From the NCBI GenBank assembly GCA_010015585.1, contig ML975155.1: a DNA stretch of 64,000 nucleotides; one strand, 5' to 3'. Below the pieces are notes generated by a model. That model searched no databases. It saw only the letters and a list, made by a program, of their open reading frames with translations, and was not told where the DNA came from. This stretch comes from Eremomyces bilateralis CBS 781.70 (taxonomy: Eukaryota). The position numbers and the translations under genes are program-made. Shown piece after piece: positions 1-9,378 of the stretch. Numbering within the stretch: the first letter of the stretch is position 1; each line of letters begins with the position of its first letter.

Positions 1-2149
1 CTTCGAAACTGTCGCAGTCAAGAACCAGATCAAAGGGAGACTCTTTCAAAAGGGACAATTGGGCAAATGTACACGATGACTGCAGTAGCATGCCGAAGTC
101 GTAAGCGGAACACATCAAATGTATACGCTAAGCAGTTGGGATTATATATGATCTCAAGTGGGACAAAGCGGCAGGTTGTAGATACAGCTGCTGGTCTTGG
201 GCTCACCGAAACATACCAAAGTATTAATGAGGAGGTTTCAGGTATGGCGCTCAAAGCGAAGGCAGGTTGATTTATATCTTAAGTTAGATCTTTTCTTCTA
301 ACTTCTTAATTAGAACCGCCTCCCAATGCTGGCCAAAAAGCCAAAGACAGTTCTTGTTTATGATAACTTCAACTTCAAAGATACTGTGCGCGAGCAGACA
401 ATTGGTTCAACCCATATCATGCGGAATCTGACAACATGCCTGTTGGTTGAGAACCCATATTTGCCTGATGAAGGTTTATCCCAATCAAGTTTCGATCCCA
501 CCCAACTTCTCTCCTTTAAAGATATCTGCAAAGCCGATGGTTTAAAGCATGATGAAAAAAAGCAGAGTATAGACATTCACTTAGTCTACGAGGCCCTACA
601 ACACGTCCATTCTACAAGTATTGACTTGGTTTTCCAATCACAGCCGTCTACTGTCCCTGCTTACCCAGAGATCAACCGTCTATATGCAGGTGGGAATGCA
701 ACAAACATTCATCATCTTCGAGCTGCCCCTTTTGATGAAGGAACAATCCAAGGAACTTACGGAGTTCATGAAGATATTTGGATCCGACAGTTGGGTTTCC
801 AATCCCAGCCACCAAGCGAAGACTTCACAAACCGTCTCTGGTTGGTATTTGGAGATCAGAAAACAGCCCAACATATCCGTACTCTGAAGGAGGCACAGAA
901 GAATGCAATTCTACCTTTTGACAGACGGAGATGGATGTTAGGTCCATCTGGACTATTCCATGTCCTTATGAATCTAATACTAACGATCGTCCGTATCCAT
1001 TTTGATACGGAGCCTACACTACCGTCGGATACAAAGCCTTCACTACCAACGGATGCGAAGCCTTCGGTGCCATCAGATGCAACGCTTCTATCGGATATCA
1101 TCTACTGGGATCGAAAAGGATATACTCGAGAATCCCCAAAGTTCTACATGTTTGACCCTCTGCTCAGGCAATCATTTTATGCTCGTGTCTTAATGCTATG
1201 GTACCATGTTCTTACGAGACGAGGACATATCCAAAAGGCATTCCTTGAAGATACCAGTCCAAGTTCAAAACTGGATCTAATTATCCAGAACCTAGAGCTA
1301 GAAGAACTTATCTCTACAATGAAAGAGGTCTGTACACTGGCATTCTCTCCAGAGGCATGGGACACGACACAATACGGACTTGAATTTCGAAGTCTCTGCC
1401 GGCTTGTCCAGTTGATCAGCATCTTCCTTTCTTTGCGTAAAGCAGTCAAGAATAGCGACATCGGCTGGATTGACCGTTTAATCGATCCACTTGCAGTTAT
1501 CTTCCACGCAACTGGACAGCACAAGTATGGTGATGAAATGCTCCATCTTCGTTGGATATTATCTGAATGCGTTTCAGAGAAGATTCTCCGCGACGCAATA
1601 CTATCATCTAGTCTTGTGAATTTGCATGGCAAACCAGGCCAGTTTAAGGCTATTGATCTAGCCCTTGAACACGTTAATTGCGCATACAAGATTGATATGA
1701 AGTTATTAAAGAATTCAACACATAATGCAGACAAAACCTTTGGTAGAGTCGCATTATTAAGTAATGTCTTCTCTAAGATTCGTGGGGCATGGGAGAACTC
1801 ATTTGGTTTTACCCAAAGCGATCGACATACAACCAAAGCTGATCAACGGGATATCTTTAGTCGCGCCCTTCAACTATATCTACGCAGTCCTTTGCTCACT
1901 ATCCAACCTCGCGAAGCTGTTGGTTGGGACGCACCTGATATCTTCCGGATTGGTGCTGAGGTCTTGGAACAAAAGGTCAATTCCTTCAACAATCGGATAC
2001 CAGTCCGCTCTAGTGTCATCCCCCAGACTGATCCTGAGGACCTTAATGAAGAGACGGATTTGAATCCTCATAACTCTGAGATCTCACCAGTAATTACCTA
2101 CTCTGAGGCTTGTGAGGATGGGCTTGTTAAAGATCATGACATTCTTTGA
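1..2149 (+). CDS. DUF6589-type (Academ) DDE transposase, 5'-truncated by window edge, intron 262-313
   Basis: Frame 1 is open from base 1 (GLYMISSGTKRQVVDTAAGLGLTETYQSI) and joins the 607-aa ORF. Motifs LVYDNFNF, DEGTIQG, GDQKT, GLFHVLMN, GQHKYGDE, LVNLHGKPG, DLALEHVN. Confidence 0.75.
1004..1088 (+). repeat. Degenerate 24-bp in-frame tandem repeat (~3.5 units) inside transposase
   Basis: gatacggagcctacactaccgtcg / gatacaaagccttcactaccaacg / gatgcgaagccttcggtgccatca / gatgcaacg = DTEPTLPS DTKPSLPT DAKPSVPS DAT. Confidence 0.85.
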
Positions 2150-2618
2150 CTGCGTTATCGCTCACTTCATCTATACCCCTCGAAGCCCTCCATATCGAAA
2201 TTGCAGTTTAATGGAAGTTATGAAGCATGAATCATCCTCAAATAAATCGTGATATCTGTCGCCTGTGACCTACGTAACTGTCCCCTCCATATACATAACT
2301 ATTCTAATCCCTCTGTCTCTTAGTAAGGCATATCTTAATCTGTAGGCCTTCCTTTTCTAGAAACGGTCCGGGGGTTGAGGTGTGTCTTAGTATAGTATCT
2401 CTACCAATCCTTAGTGTTTTTCAAAGATGATAACATTGCTGGAATTCCCTTATTAAGGGCTACAAGATGATGTATATATTATCATAATTCAATGGGTTCC
2501 TACCCACCCTATTTTCTTTGAAGTTGGTACAAATCTGGAAATAAAAGGATACTATTAGTCTGAAAAGGGCTATCCGAAGTTCTCCCAACCAAAACACTTC
2601 TAAATCTTCTTGTTCTCT

Positions 2619-5420
2619 TTACCACGCTTCTCCCATAGATCCCTCCCTTTGGGCGTCAACTGTACATGAGAAACGAAGACCAGCTCGTTTAGGTGTATTA
2701 GGCCTATCTTGTCTGGTGACCTGTCCTTTCTCCTGGTTTCCAGATACTCCCCTAAGCGGCGTCCGACTTCTCTTGTGTATACCTGAAGAATTGTGAGTAG
2801 TTCGTTTGGTCGTTTGGCTGCGCGACCAGATGTTAACAGGTATAGGGGCTCTGATATCGGAGGAGATCGTAGTCTTATTATCTGTACCAGAATCTAACTT
2901 AACGCTAGATTGTGATACGAACGATGACTCCCCTCTTACGATAAACGAGCTTCCTAATTCCTGCGACCCTTCCGATATCTCCGGCTGTGACGAAAACGAG
3001 GGCCAATGGCGGGGTTTGAACGTTTCCCGATACTCATTAAGCTTCTGAGCAAGTAGCTCGTTATGCATGATAACCCGGAGCCCATCCCTATCGTCTGCTA
3101 ATTGACGACTGCGGACATATTGAGCAACCTTTTCCTCTTTAGGTAAACTGGGATTAGGTATAATACTCGAGTCTTGAGGATTACTCTCTAAGTTTTGAGC
3201 AGTACCCTCTGTAGCCTTTCTGGCCAGTGCCTTGATGTTCCTCTTGCACTTTCGTTCCTCTAGTATCGCGTTATGCTTCGAGCATACCTCTAGAACTATC
3301 CGGACAAGGAATGCCAGCAAAGGATCGAGGAGGGTGTTCTGATATTCCCAGTTTTCGATGTCAAAGAGGGCTGACAATGCCTCCTGATCCGGTATAGGTA
3401 CCGTTGTTGAGTTCTTCACACAGGTATACATAGAAGCAATAGCCCACTGCGCTTCTTGAGGAATGACCACCCCAGCTGGAACTGGAATCATTTGCTGCGC
3501 TCGTGGGAAGATCGATTCTACCTGTTCAAGGCACCATACAACCAATAGATTCAGCGCAATACCTGCCTTAGTCTCCCTGCCAGGTTTGGTAGACTTGAGG
3601 GGGATATCAGGCATTGGTGGCAACTGGAACAATGCTATATTACACTCCTTCCCATTGTAACAGACCTTCTTGTCTGCTCGAATGGGGATAGTATCTGGCT
3701 CGCATTGGTCCTCGTTAAACTCCGCAAGGAATACCTGCCGTCTGCATGGCGCGTTTGCAAGAGAACGGATCGTTATTGGGAGGGTTGCCCTATGCTTGAG
3801 TTCATCAACAGTCCATGTAGGTAGACTATCTGACTTCCCCCTCTTCTTAGACTTTGGGATAGTTGATTGCGAGTTCTCTTGACTAGCGGCTTCGGTATTA
3901 TCAGACTGTTGAGAGCAGTCAGACTCAGCTCCATCGCCTTGCGATAATGGCGATTGTGAATAGGTGGTATTAGGTAACCGGAGTGTATTCCGCCTGCCCT
4001 TTTTCTTCTGAGACAGTGGCTGATTATTACGCGAACTAGGCATTTGAACAGGATCCTGTCCCATTAAGTCGAACGCATAGTATGGCAGGAATATAAAAGC
4101 CATCCCATTGATTGCCTGCTTCACCCGAACAGCCCGACCAACCCGTTGCCAAATATCACCAAGATCGTGGCCGATTGGAAGTCCCCATTGAGCAACCACC
4201 ATAATATCAGGAATGTCCATACCCATTCCAAGAGCAGTAGTTGCAACAACTACTCTAAGGGAAGAGCATGGGGATCTGATCTTATCGTATAGCAAGTCCT
4301 GGTCGTATCGTGAGGTATTCGATGTATATGCACCAACTGCATCCCGAACCATGGCTGGTTCAAACCCTTGAACAAAGAGATACCGCTCTAAGGATGCAGA
4401 GATATTGGCTACCGATTGAAGTCCATCTACAAAGATGATCGTTTTCGGGATTCGCTGGAGGTCGTCTTCCGTCCTACTAGTTGGATGCTCTAATGCATGA
4501 TCAACTAGAAACCATAGCCGTTGGTAAGCCTTGCTCTTTCCTCTCTCAATGGGCAAAATGTTAAGTGAGATATCAGGTCGATCAATTGAGACTCGGATGA
4601 TCTTAAGTGGCAGTTCATGGTGTGTCTCTTCATAGAAACCACCATAATAGATAACAGCCTGTTCTGTGGCCTTGTTCAAAGTGGCAGAACAACCAAACCA
4701 GATGGTATCAGCACGTAAGTACCGACGTAATTCCCTGATCTTGAGATATTCCAACCGGAATTCCTTCCATTGCTCCATAACATGGAGCTCGTCAATTGCA
4801 ACCACACCAATCTTGTTCTTTACGTCAGGGTTTAACAGCAAATCACGAAACTCATCGCTAGCTGCTTGCTCAGGACCCATTAAGATATGGGTATATAACC
4901 CAGCTGCAATCTCCTGTAACAGTTTCGGATTCGTATGCTTGGTCTCCGCTGTAATAAGGCAAGGCCTGGCCTCTGGTAACTGTTCAATCGATCTCTTCTG
5001 CTCCTCCCCAAGCTTGCTTAAAGGAATCAACTGGATGACAATTCTGCCAATAAAGATTGGGATAGCATGGAAGATGATGCTCTTCCCAAAACCAGTCTTA
5101 GCAGAGACAATAGTATCTCCATAGCGAAAAACAATTCGTCGAAGAGCCCGAACCTGGTTGATACGTGGGAGCCGACCACCCAGGAGTCGCTGCAAACCAT
5201 GGAAGATAATATCATGCTGGTATTTGATGTTCTTTCGTATTAGACAGGCCTTTACTAACTCTTGCAGTACCGAGCATAACTCTTTCTCTGGTGTCGTTGC
5301 AATTATGGATATCCGTTCTTCGATCGTTTTCTCGATAGGAGGTGGTTGTACAGAGGCTAAATTTTGGTATAGGGAGGTTTCACGCTGATGGGCGCGGCCT
5401 CGCCGGCGCTTCACTCGCAT
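2619..5420 (-). CDS. RecQ-like superfamily 2 DExH helicase (transposon-encoded)
   Basis: 933-aa ORF with Walker A AKTGFGKS, IPLSKL, AIDELH, CSATL, SIDRPDI, VATTALGMGMDIPDI, QRVGRAVR and CRR...C zinc region. No Sgs1-type N-terminus or HRDC is recognisable. Confidence 0.88.
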   Translation of the reverse strand: MRVKRRRGRAHQRETSLYQNLASVQPPPIEKTIEERISIIATTPEKELCSVLQELVKACLIRKNIKYQHDIIFHGLQRLLGGRLPRINQVRALRRIVFRYGDTIVSAKTGFGKSIIFHAIPIFIGRIVIQLIPLSKLGEEQKRSIEQLPEARPCLITAETKHTNPKLLQEIAAGLYTHILMGPEQAASDEFRDLLLNPDVKNKIGVVAIDELHVMEQWKEFRLEYLKIRELRRYLRADTIWFGCSATLNKATEQAVIYYGGFYEETHHELPLKIIRVSIDRPDISLNILPIERGKSKAYQRLWFLVDHALEHPTSRTEDDLQRIPKTIIFVDGLQSVANISASLERYLFVQGFEPAMVRDAVGAYTSNTSRYDQDLLYDKIRSPCSSLRVVVATTALGMGMDIPDIMVVAQWGLPIGHDLGDIWQRVGRAVRVKQAINGMAFIFLPYYAFDLMGQDPVQMPSSRNNQPLSQKKKGRRNTLRLPNTTYSQSPLSQGDGAESDCSQQSDNTEAASQENSQSTIPKSKKRGKSDSLPTWTVDELKHRATLPITIRSLANAPCRRQVFLAEFNEDQCEPDTIPIRADKKVCYNGKECNIALFQLPPMPDIPLKSTKPGRETKAGIALNLLVVWCLEQVESIFPRAQQMIPVPAGVVIPQEAQWAIASMYTCVKNSTTVPIPDQEALSALFDIENWEYQNTLLDPLLAFLVRIVLEVCSKHNAILEERKCKRNIKALARKATEGTAQNLESNPQDSSIIPNPSLPKEEKVAQYVRSRQLADDRDGLRVIMHNELLAQKLNEYRETFKPRHWPSFSSQPEISEGSQELGSSFIVRGESSFVSQSSVKLDSGTDNKTTISSDIRAPIPVNIWSRSQTTKRTTHNSSGIHKRSRTPLRGVSGNQEKGQVTRQDRPNTPKRAGLRFSCTVDAQREGSMGEAW

Positions 5421-5782
5421 GGAGGCAGATCTGGAGGTTGATCCTCTATACTTGATGACGCGATATGCAGCTTTAAAACTCTAGTTACAGAATGAACAGT
5501 TAGCAATTTGATATTTAAAAGCCATAGGACTCTTTAACTAACTCTTATCTATATTTCATCAACTTCTGGTGCCCACCCAACTTCTCCGTATGATGTTATT
5601 CGCCATCTCGACATTTTACCCAAATCTCATCATCTACGCATCCATACACATTTTGCAAGCGTTTCTCAGACGGTACCCAAGACAGTTGCACCCACGTGAC
5701 TAGTTTGTACGCTAAACATGGGTTTAATCTGGTTACGGTTTAGCTTAACCAGGGTCATGGCTTGGATACCGTCTGAGCCCTA

Positions 5783-5855
5783 GCTGAGATAACTTCATAG
5801 CAACAATTCAATGTTTGCCTCACGATTGGAGATTCCCGACAGTGAGACTCTTACA
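5783..5855 (+). mobile_element. 3' end fragment of an LTR-like repeat (ends ...CTCTTACA)
   Basis: About 60 bp match, in inverted orientation, the copies at 7824-7880 and 42955-43015. Ends in CA like an LTR terminus. Confidence 0.6.
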
Positions 5856-6601
5856 CAAGGAATTAACCCAATTGAGCTCCCTCGACGACTCTGCCCCAGT
5901 TAAGAAGCATAATTTTATAAACATTTATAATAAATCCCGCATTGAAGCTTTGATAAACCATAATATCCGCGCTGGGTTCAGAGGCACCGGAATCTGCCCA
6001 TTCAACCCGCACAAAGTATTAAATAGCACCCAATTAAACGAGAACCATACTATACAACGTTATGTGGCCCCAGAGCCCATATATGATTATATATTTAATA
6101 CACCCAAAGGCCCAAAAGACGTGTATACGGGGAAAAAGTTTGAGGACATGTCTGGACGGGATTTCAGGGGTTTACAGGGGAAATTGGCCAAGGCACTCTC
6201 AAAGAAGAACGTCGAAATCGCAGCACTGAAAGCGCAAGTTGCAAAGCTCGAAAAATCACTGGAAGACATAGGCGGATTGTCTAAGAAAAGGAAAAGAGTC
6301 CAAGTCGACCAAAATGAGCGATTTGCGACGATTGATCAGATTGTTGCTGCGCAAGAAGAAGCAAGACAAGCGGAGCTGAAGGAGGCGAAGAAGAAGCCCA
6401 AATTTGACGCGCAAAAAATTTCGGACGAGCTGCAAAAAGCAGAATTCGAGTCACTTTGCTCACAGTTTCAGATATAATATATAAATTTCAATATTGGTGG
6501 AGTTATTATACAGAATCTATAGTCCTCTGTTGTTGGTGTTGCTGCGTGTGAAGTGGTTACAAATCGGGGTGGTTACAAACCGGGGGTCCTATCTTATAGT
6601 A
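5856..6601 (+). mobile_element. Fot1/pogo (Tc1-mariner) transposon 3' remnant with right TIR
   Basis: KELTQLSSLDDSAPVKKHNFINIY...NIRAGFRGTGICPFNPHKVL...KRVQVDQNERFATIDQI is typical of the Fot1-family transposase C-terminus (stop 6477). The terminal region has a tandem 16-mer GTGGTTACAAAYCGGG x2 (6553-6584) and TA at 6600-6601. Confidence 0.75.
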
Positions 6602-6849
6602 CTAGTGTGAGGGAGAAATCTCACCAGCCGGAGGAAAAATCTCTCGGGGATGAAAAATCCCAAATATGGGAGGAAATATCTCACCAGCCTAATACCCATT
6701 TTACACATCCCTAATCATAACAATTACGGTTCGAGGGCAAAATGTGCTCAATCCAGATTGAGGTGTGAGGAAGAATTGCCTTGGCACGGTGGAGAATCTT
6801 CTCAAATTGACGCATCCAGGTGGCTATAAATAAGGCTGTTCGACGATTG

Positions 6850-6884
6850 ATTATCATCATCATTATCATCATCATTATCATCAT
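6850..6884 (+). repeat. (ATC/ATT)n microsatellite directly upstream of the DJ-1 ATG
   Basis: attatcatcatcattatcatcatcattatcatcat. Confidence 0.9.
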
Positions 6885-7645
6885 GCGGTTCCTAAGTCTT
6901 GCATTGTGTGCGGTGGCAGTTGCACAAGTTCCGGAACCTCCTGTTAACTATGGAATCGTTCTATTCCCTGGCTTTCAGGCGATGGACGTCTTTGGTCCAT
7001 TGGATGTCTTGAACACGTTGTCGATGCGTCAGACATTGAATCTGTACATATTTGCGAACCAGCGTGGGCTGGTGCCAACGAAACATGCGATGGAGGGAGT
7101 AAAATCCAACTTTGGAGAGGCGGTGATGGCCGACTACGCGTTTAATGACACAGAGATTCCAGACCTCGATGTTCTCATCGTTCCTGGAGGTGCTGGGACA
7201 CGAGATTCGCAGACGCAAGCGGAAGTGGCACCGTTCCTTTCGAAGATCTACCCTCAACTCCAATATCTGGTCGCCGTGTGCACCGGATCGGCTCTGGTTG
7301 CTCGAACGGGGATTCTCGATCGTCGACGAGCAACCACCAACAAACTAGCGTGGGAGTGGGCGACATCACAGGGACCAAATGTAAGGTCTTCTAGCTCTGA
7401 TGATTCGTTGCTGACTGAGGAAGGTCGACTGGGTTCCCCGCGCTCGATGGGTTCGAGATGGAGACATCTGGACGGGATCAGGGATCACGGCATCGCTCGA
7501 CACGATTTACGCGTTTGTGGCACATGTGTATGGAGAGCCAACGGCGGCGAACTTGTCCAGGGACTTAGAGTACGTTCGTTGGACCGATGCGGACAACGAT
7601 CCCTTCGGGGATTTCTACAACACAAGCTGGCCGATCGTGGGATAG
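6883..7645 (+). CDS. Secreted DJ-1/PfpI family protein (isocyanide hydratase-like), intron 7381-7423
   Basis: Signal peptide MRFLSLALCAVAVA; LFPGFQAMDVFGPLD, LIVPGGAGTR, VCTGS, ATTNK. After the intron: VDWVPRARWVRDGDIWTGSGITA...DPFGDFYNTSWPIVG*. Confidence 0.88.
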
Positions 7646-7823
7646 ACGTGGTGGAGCAAATGACTATATGTCCCAAGATAGCAGTCGAATTGGAGCGTGT
7701 CATGAGCATCCTGTATCGAAATTCCCATAGTGTATGCGTGCGGAAAGCGAGTCGCTCGGAGGAGGATGCGTCGGGAGGAAATGGGTCGTTGTGAAATCGT
7801 CATCCGGTTTAGTTAATGTCGAG

Positions 7824-7880
7824 TGTAAGGGTCTCACTGTTGGGAATCCCCAATCGTGAGGCAAACGTAGAATTGTTGCT
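7824..7880 (-). repeat. LTR-end fragment, copy 2
   Basis: tgtaagggtctcactgttgggaatccccaatcgtgaggcaaacgtagaattgttgct, 3 mismatches vs 42955-43011. Confidence 0.8.
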
Positions 7881-8022
7881 CAGTTGGTTTCTACTACCAC
7901 GTAGCATCCCTTTCACTGCCCACTACCGGTTTAGATATATCAATGTAGATAATCGCCGTCAACATCCTCTGATTATTCATGGGAGCATAGATGTTCCAGC
8001 AACTATCTTAACTGCAATGATA

Positions 8023-9152
8023 TTACAATTTTGCTTTTGACTCAGGAGTGACTTCAACCATCAACTTTCCTGTATTCATGCCCTTATAGAGGTCTATAAG
8101 TGCCTGCTCCGCTTCTTTGAGTCCACCCTTCACGATGGTTTCTTTCCGCTTGATCTTTCCTTCCGAAATCCACTGGGCAAGCTCACGGAGAGCCTGGGGA
8201 TATTGATCCTGATAGTCAAAAACGATGAAGCCTTGCATCTTAATCCGCATGCTCACGATGACTAGATAGTTCTTTGGGCCTTTCTGGACCGGCTCATTGT
8301 ACTGACTGATACCGCCACACATAACGAAACGAGCATGGGGCTTCGCTCTTGCTAGGGCCATATCCAGAATCTCTCCTCCGACGTTGTCGAAGTAGATGTC
8401 AATCAGACCTTTGGTGGCAGCACGGAACATCTGGGCAAAGTTGGGGGCTTTGTAATTGAGAGCGAAGTCGAATCCAAGATCATCGACCAACCAGGAGCAT
8501 TTCGCATCGGTTCCAGCAAGGCCAAGGACTGTGCAACCCTTCAACTTCGCGATCTGGCCTACGACACTTCCAGTTGCGCCAGCTGCGCCAGAAACAACGA
8601 CGAAGTCACCAGGTTTGGGTTGACCAATATCGATCAACCCAAAGTATGCGGTCAAACCCGTGATTCCTAGACGATCAGTATGATGATAATCAGCGGCGGT
8701 TGGTGACATACCGAGCACCCCGAGGGCATCCGTCAACTTGCCATTCTGTGGGATCTCAACCTTTTCCAGGTGCTTCTCTTTCACAATGGCAAGTTCAGTC
8801 CATCCCGCCATGGTCGACACATTGGTACCAATAGGGAAGGATGGCGATTTCGAGGCCTTGACCACGCCGATTCCAGAACCACGCATGACCTCGCCGATTT
8901 GAACGGGCGGAACATACGAGCGGGCGTCTGAAGGAGGTCAGTTGGTGCTTGCAATGGACTTTGGTACGTCAAACCGTTCAACCATCCTCTCATGGCTGGG
9001 TCAAGCCCTAGATAGATGGTCTGAACCAGGACTTCCCCATCCTTGAGATCCGACTCTTTTGGCACCGGATGCGTCTTGGTCACAAACGTTTCCCCAGCGA
9101 CAATCCTGGATTTAGGCCGCTTTGCAAGGTGGACTGCTGTGTATGTCGACAT
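8023..9152 (-). CDS. NADP-dependent alkenal/prostaglandin reductase (MDR family), 2 introns, C-terminal PTS1 AKL
   Basis: LGLDPAMRGWL, TGLTAYFGL, VVSGAAGATGS, YFDNVGG, CGGISQYN, NTGKL; ends SKAKL*. Confidence 0.93.
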
Positions 9153-9378
9153 GATTTTGATATGCTACTAATATTTCTTTCACATTCAGCACATTTCGTG
9201 TGTTGTATTTGAGACGTTTCGTGGAGATTCAAGCCTGTGGTCGTTCTTGGTGACGGATAGCTGCATAGGTGGGGAAGCCCATTGCCTCGGTCGAGTCTAG
9301 ATCCGGACAAATTCATCTCCGTCAACATCCTCCCATTCATGTTTCAACGGAAGATTGACCGAGATCTTCTGCATTTGT

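Larger units (their letters stand above)
1..5782. mobile_element. AcademH-like DNA transposon (transposase plus RecQ-like helicase), left end outside window
   Basis: Convergent DUF6589-type transposase and RecQ-like helicase genes. Candidate right terminus ...GTCTGAGCCCTA at 5782 (reads TAGGGC inward) with a 17-bp subterminal inverted repeat. The exact end is inferred. Confidence 0.75.

Noticed and set aside
2619..5420. Host Sgs1 or telomere-linked helicase
   Set aside because: No Sgs1 N-terminus or HRDC and no telomeric repeats in view; it is paired with a transposase.
5815..6477. Stand-alone 220-aa gene
   Set aside because: TTG start lies in the LTR-like fragment; the rest is a truncated Fot1 transposase tail.
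6820..7794. 324-aa ORF with poly-Ile N-terminus
   Set aside because: Poly-Ile is a translated 5' microsatellite; the C-terminus is read-through of an unspliced intron.
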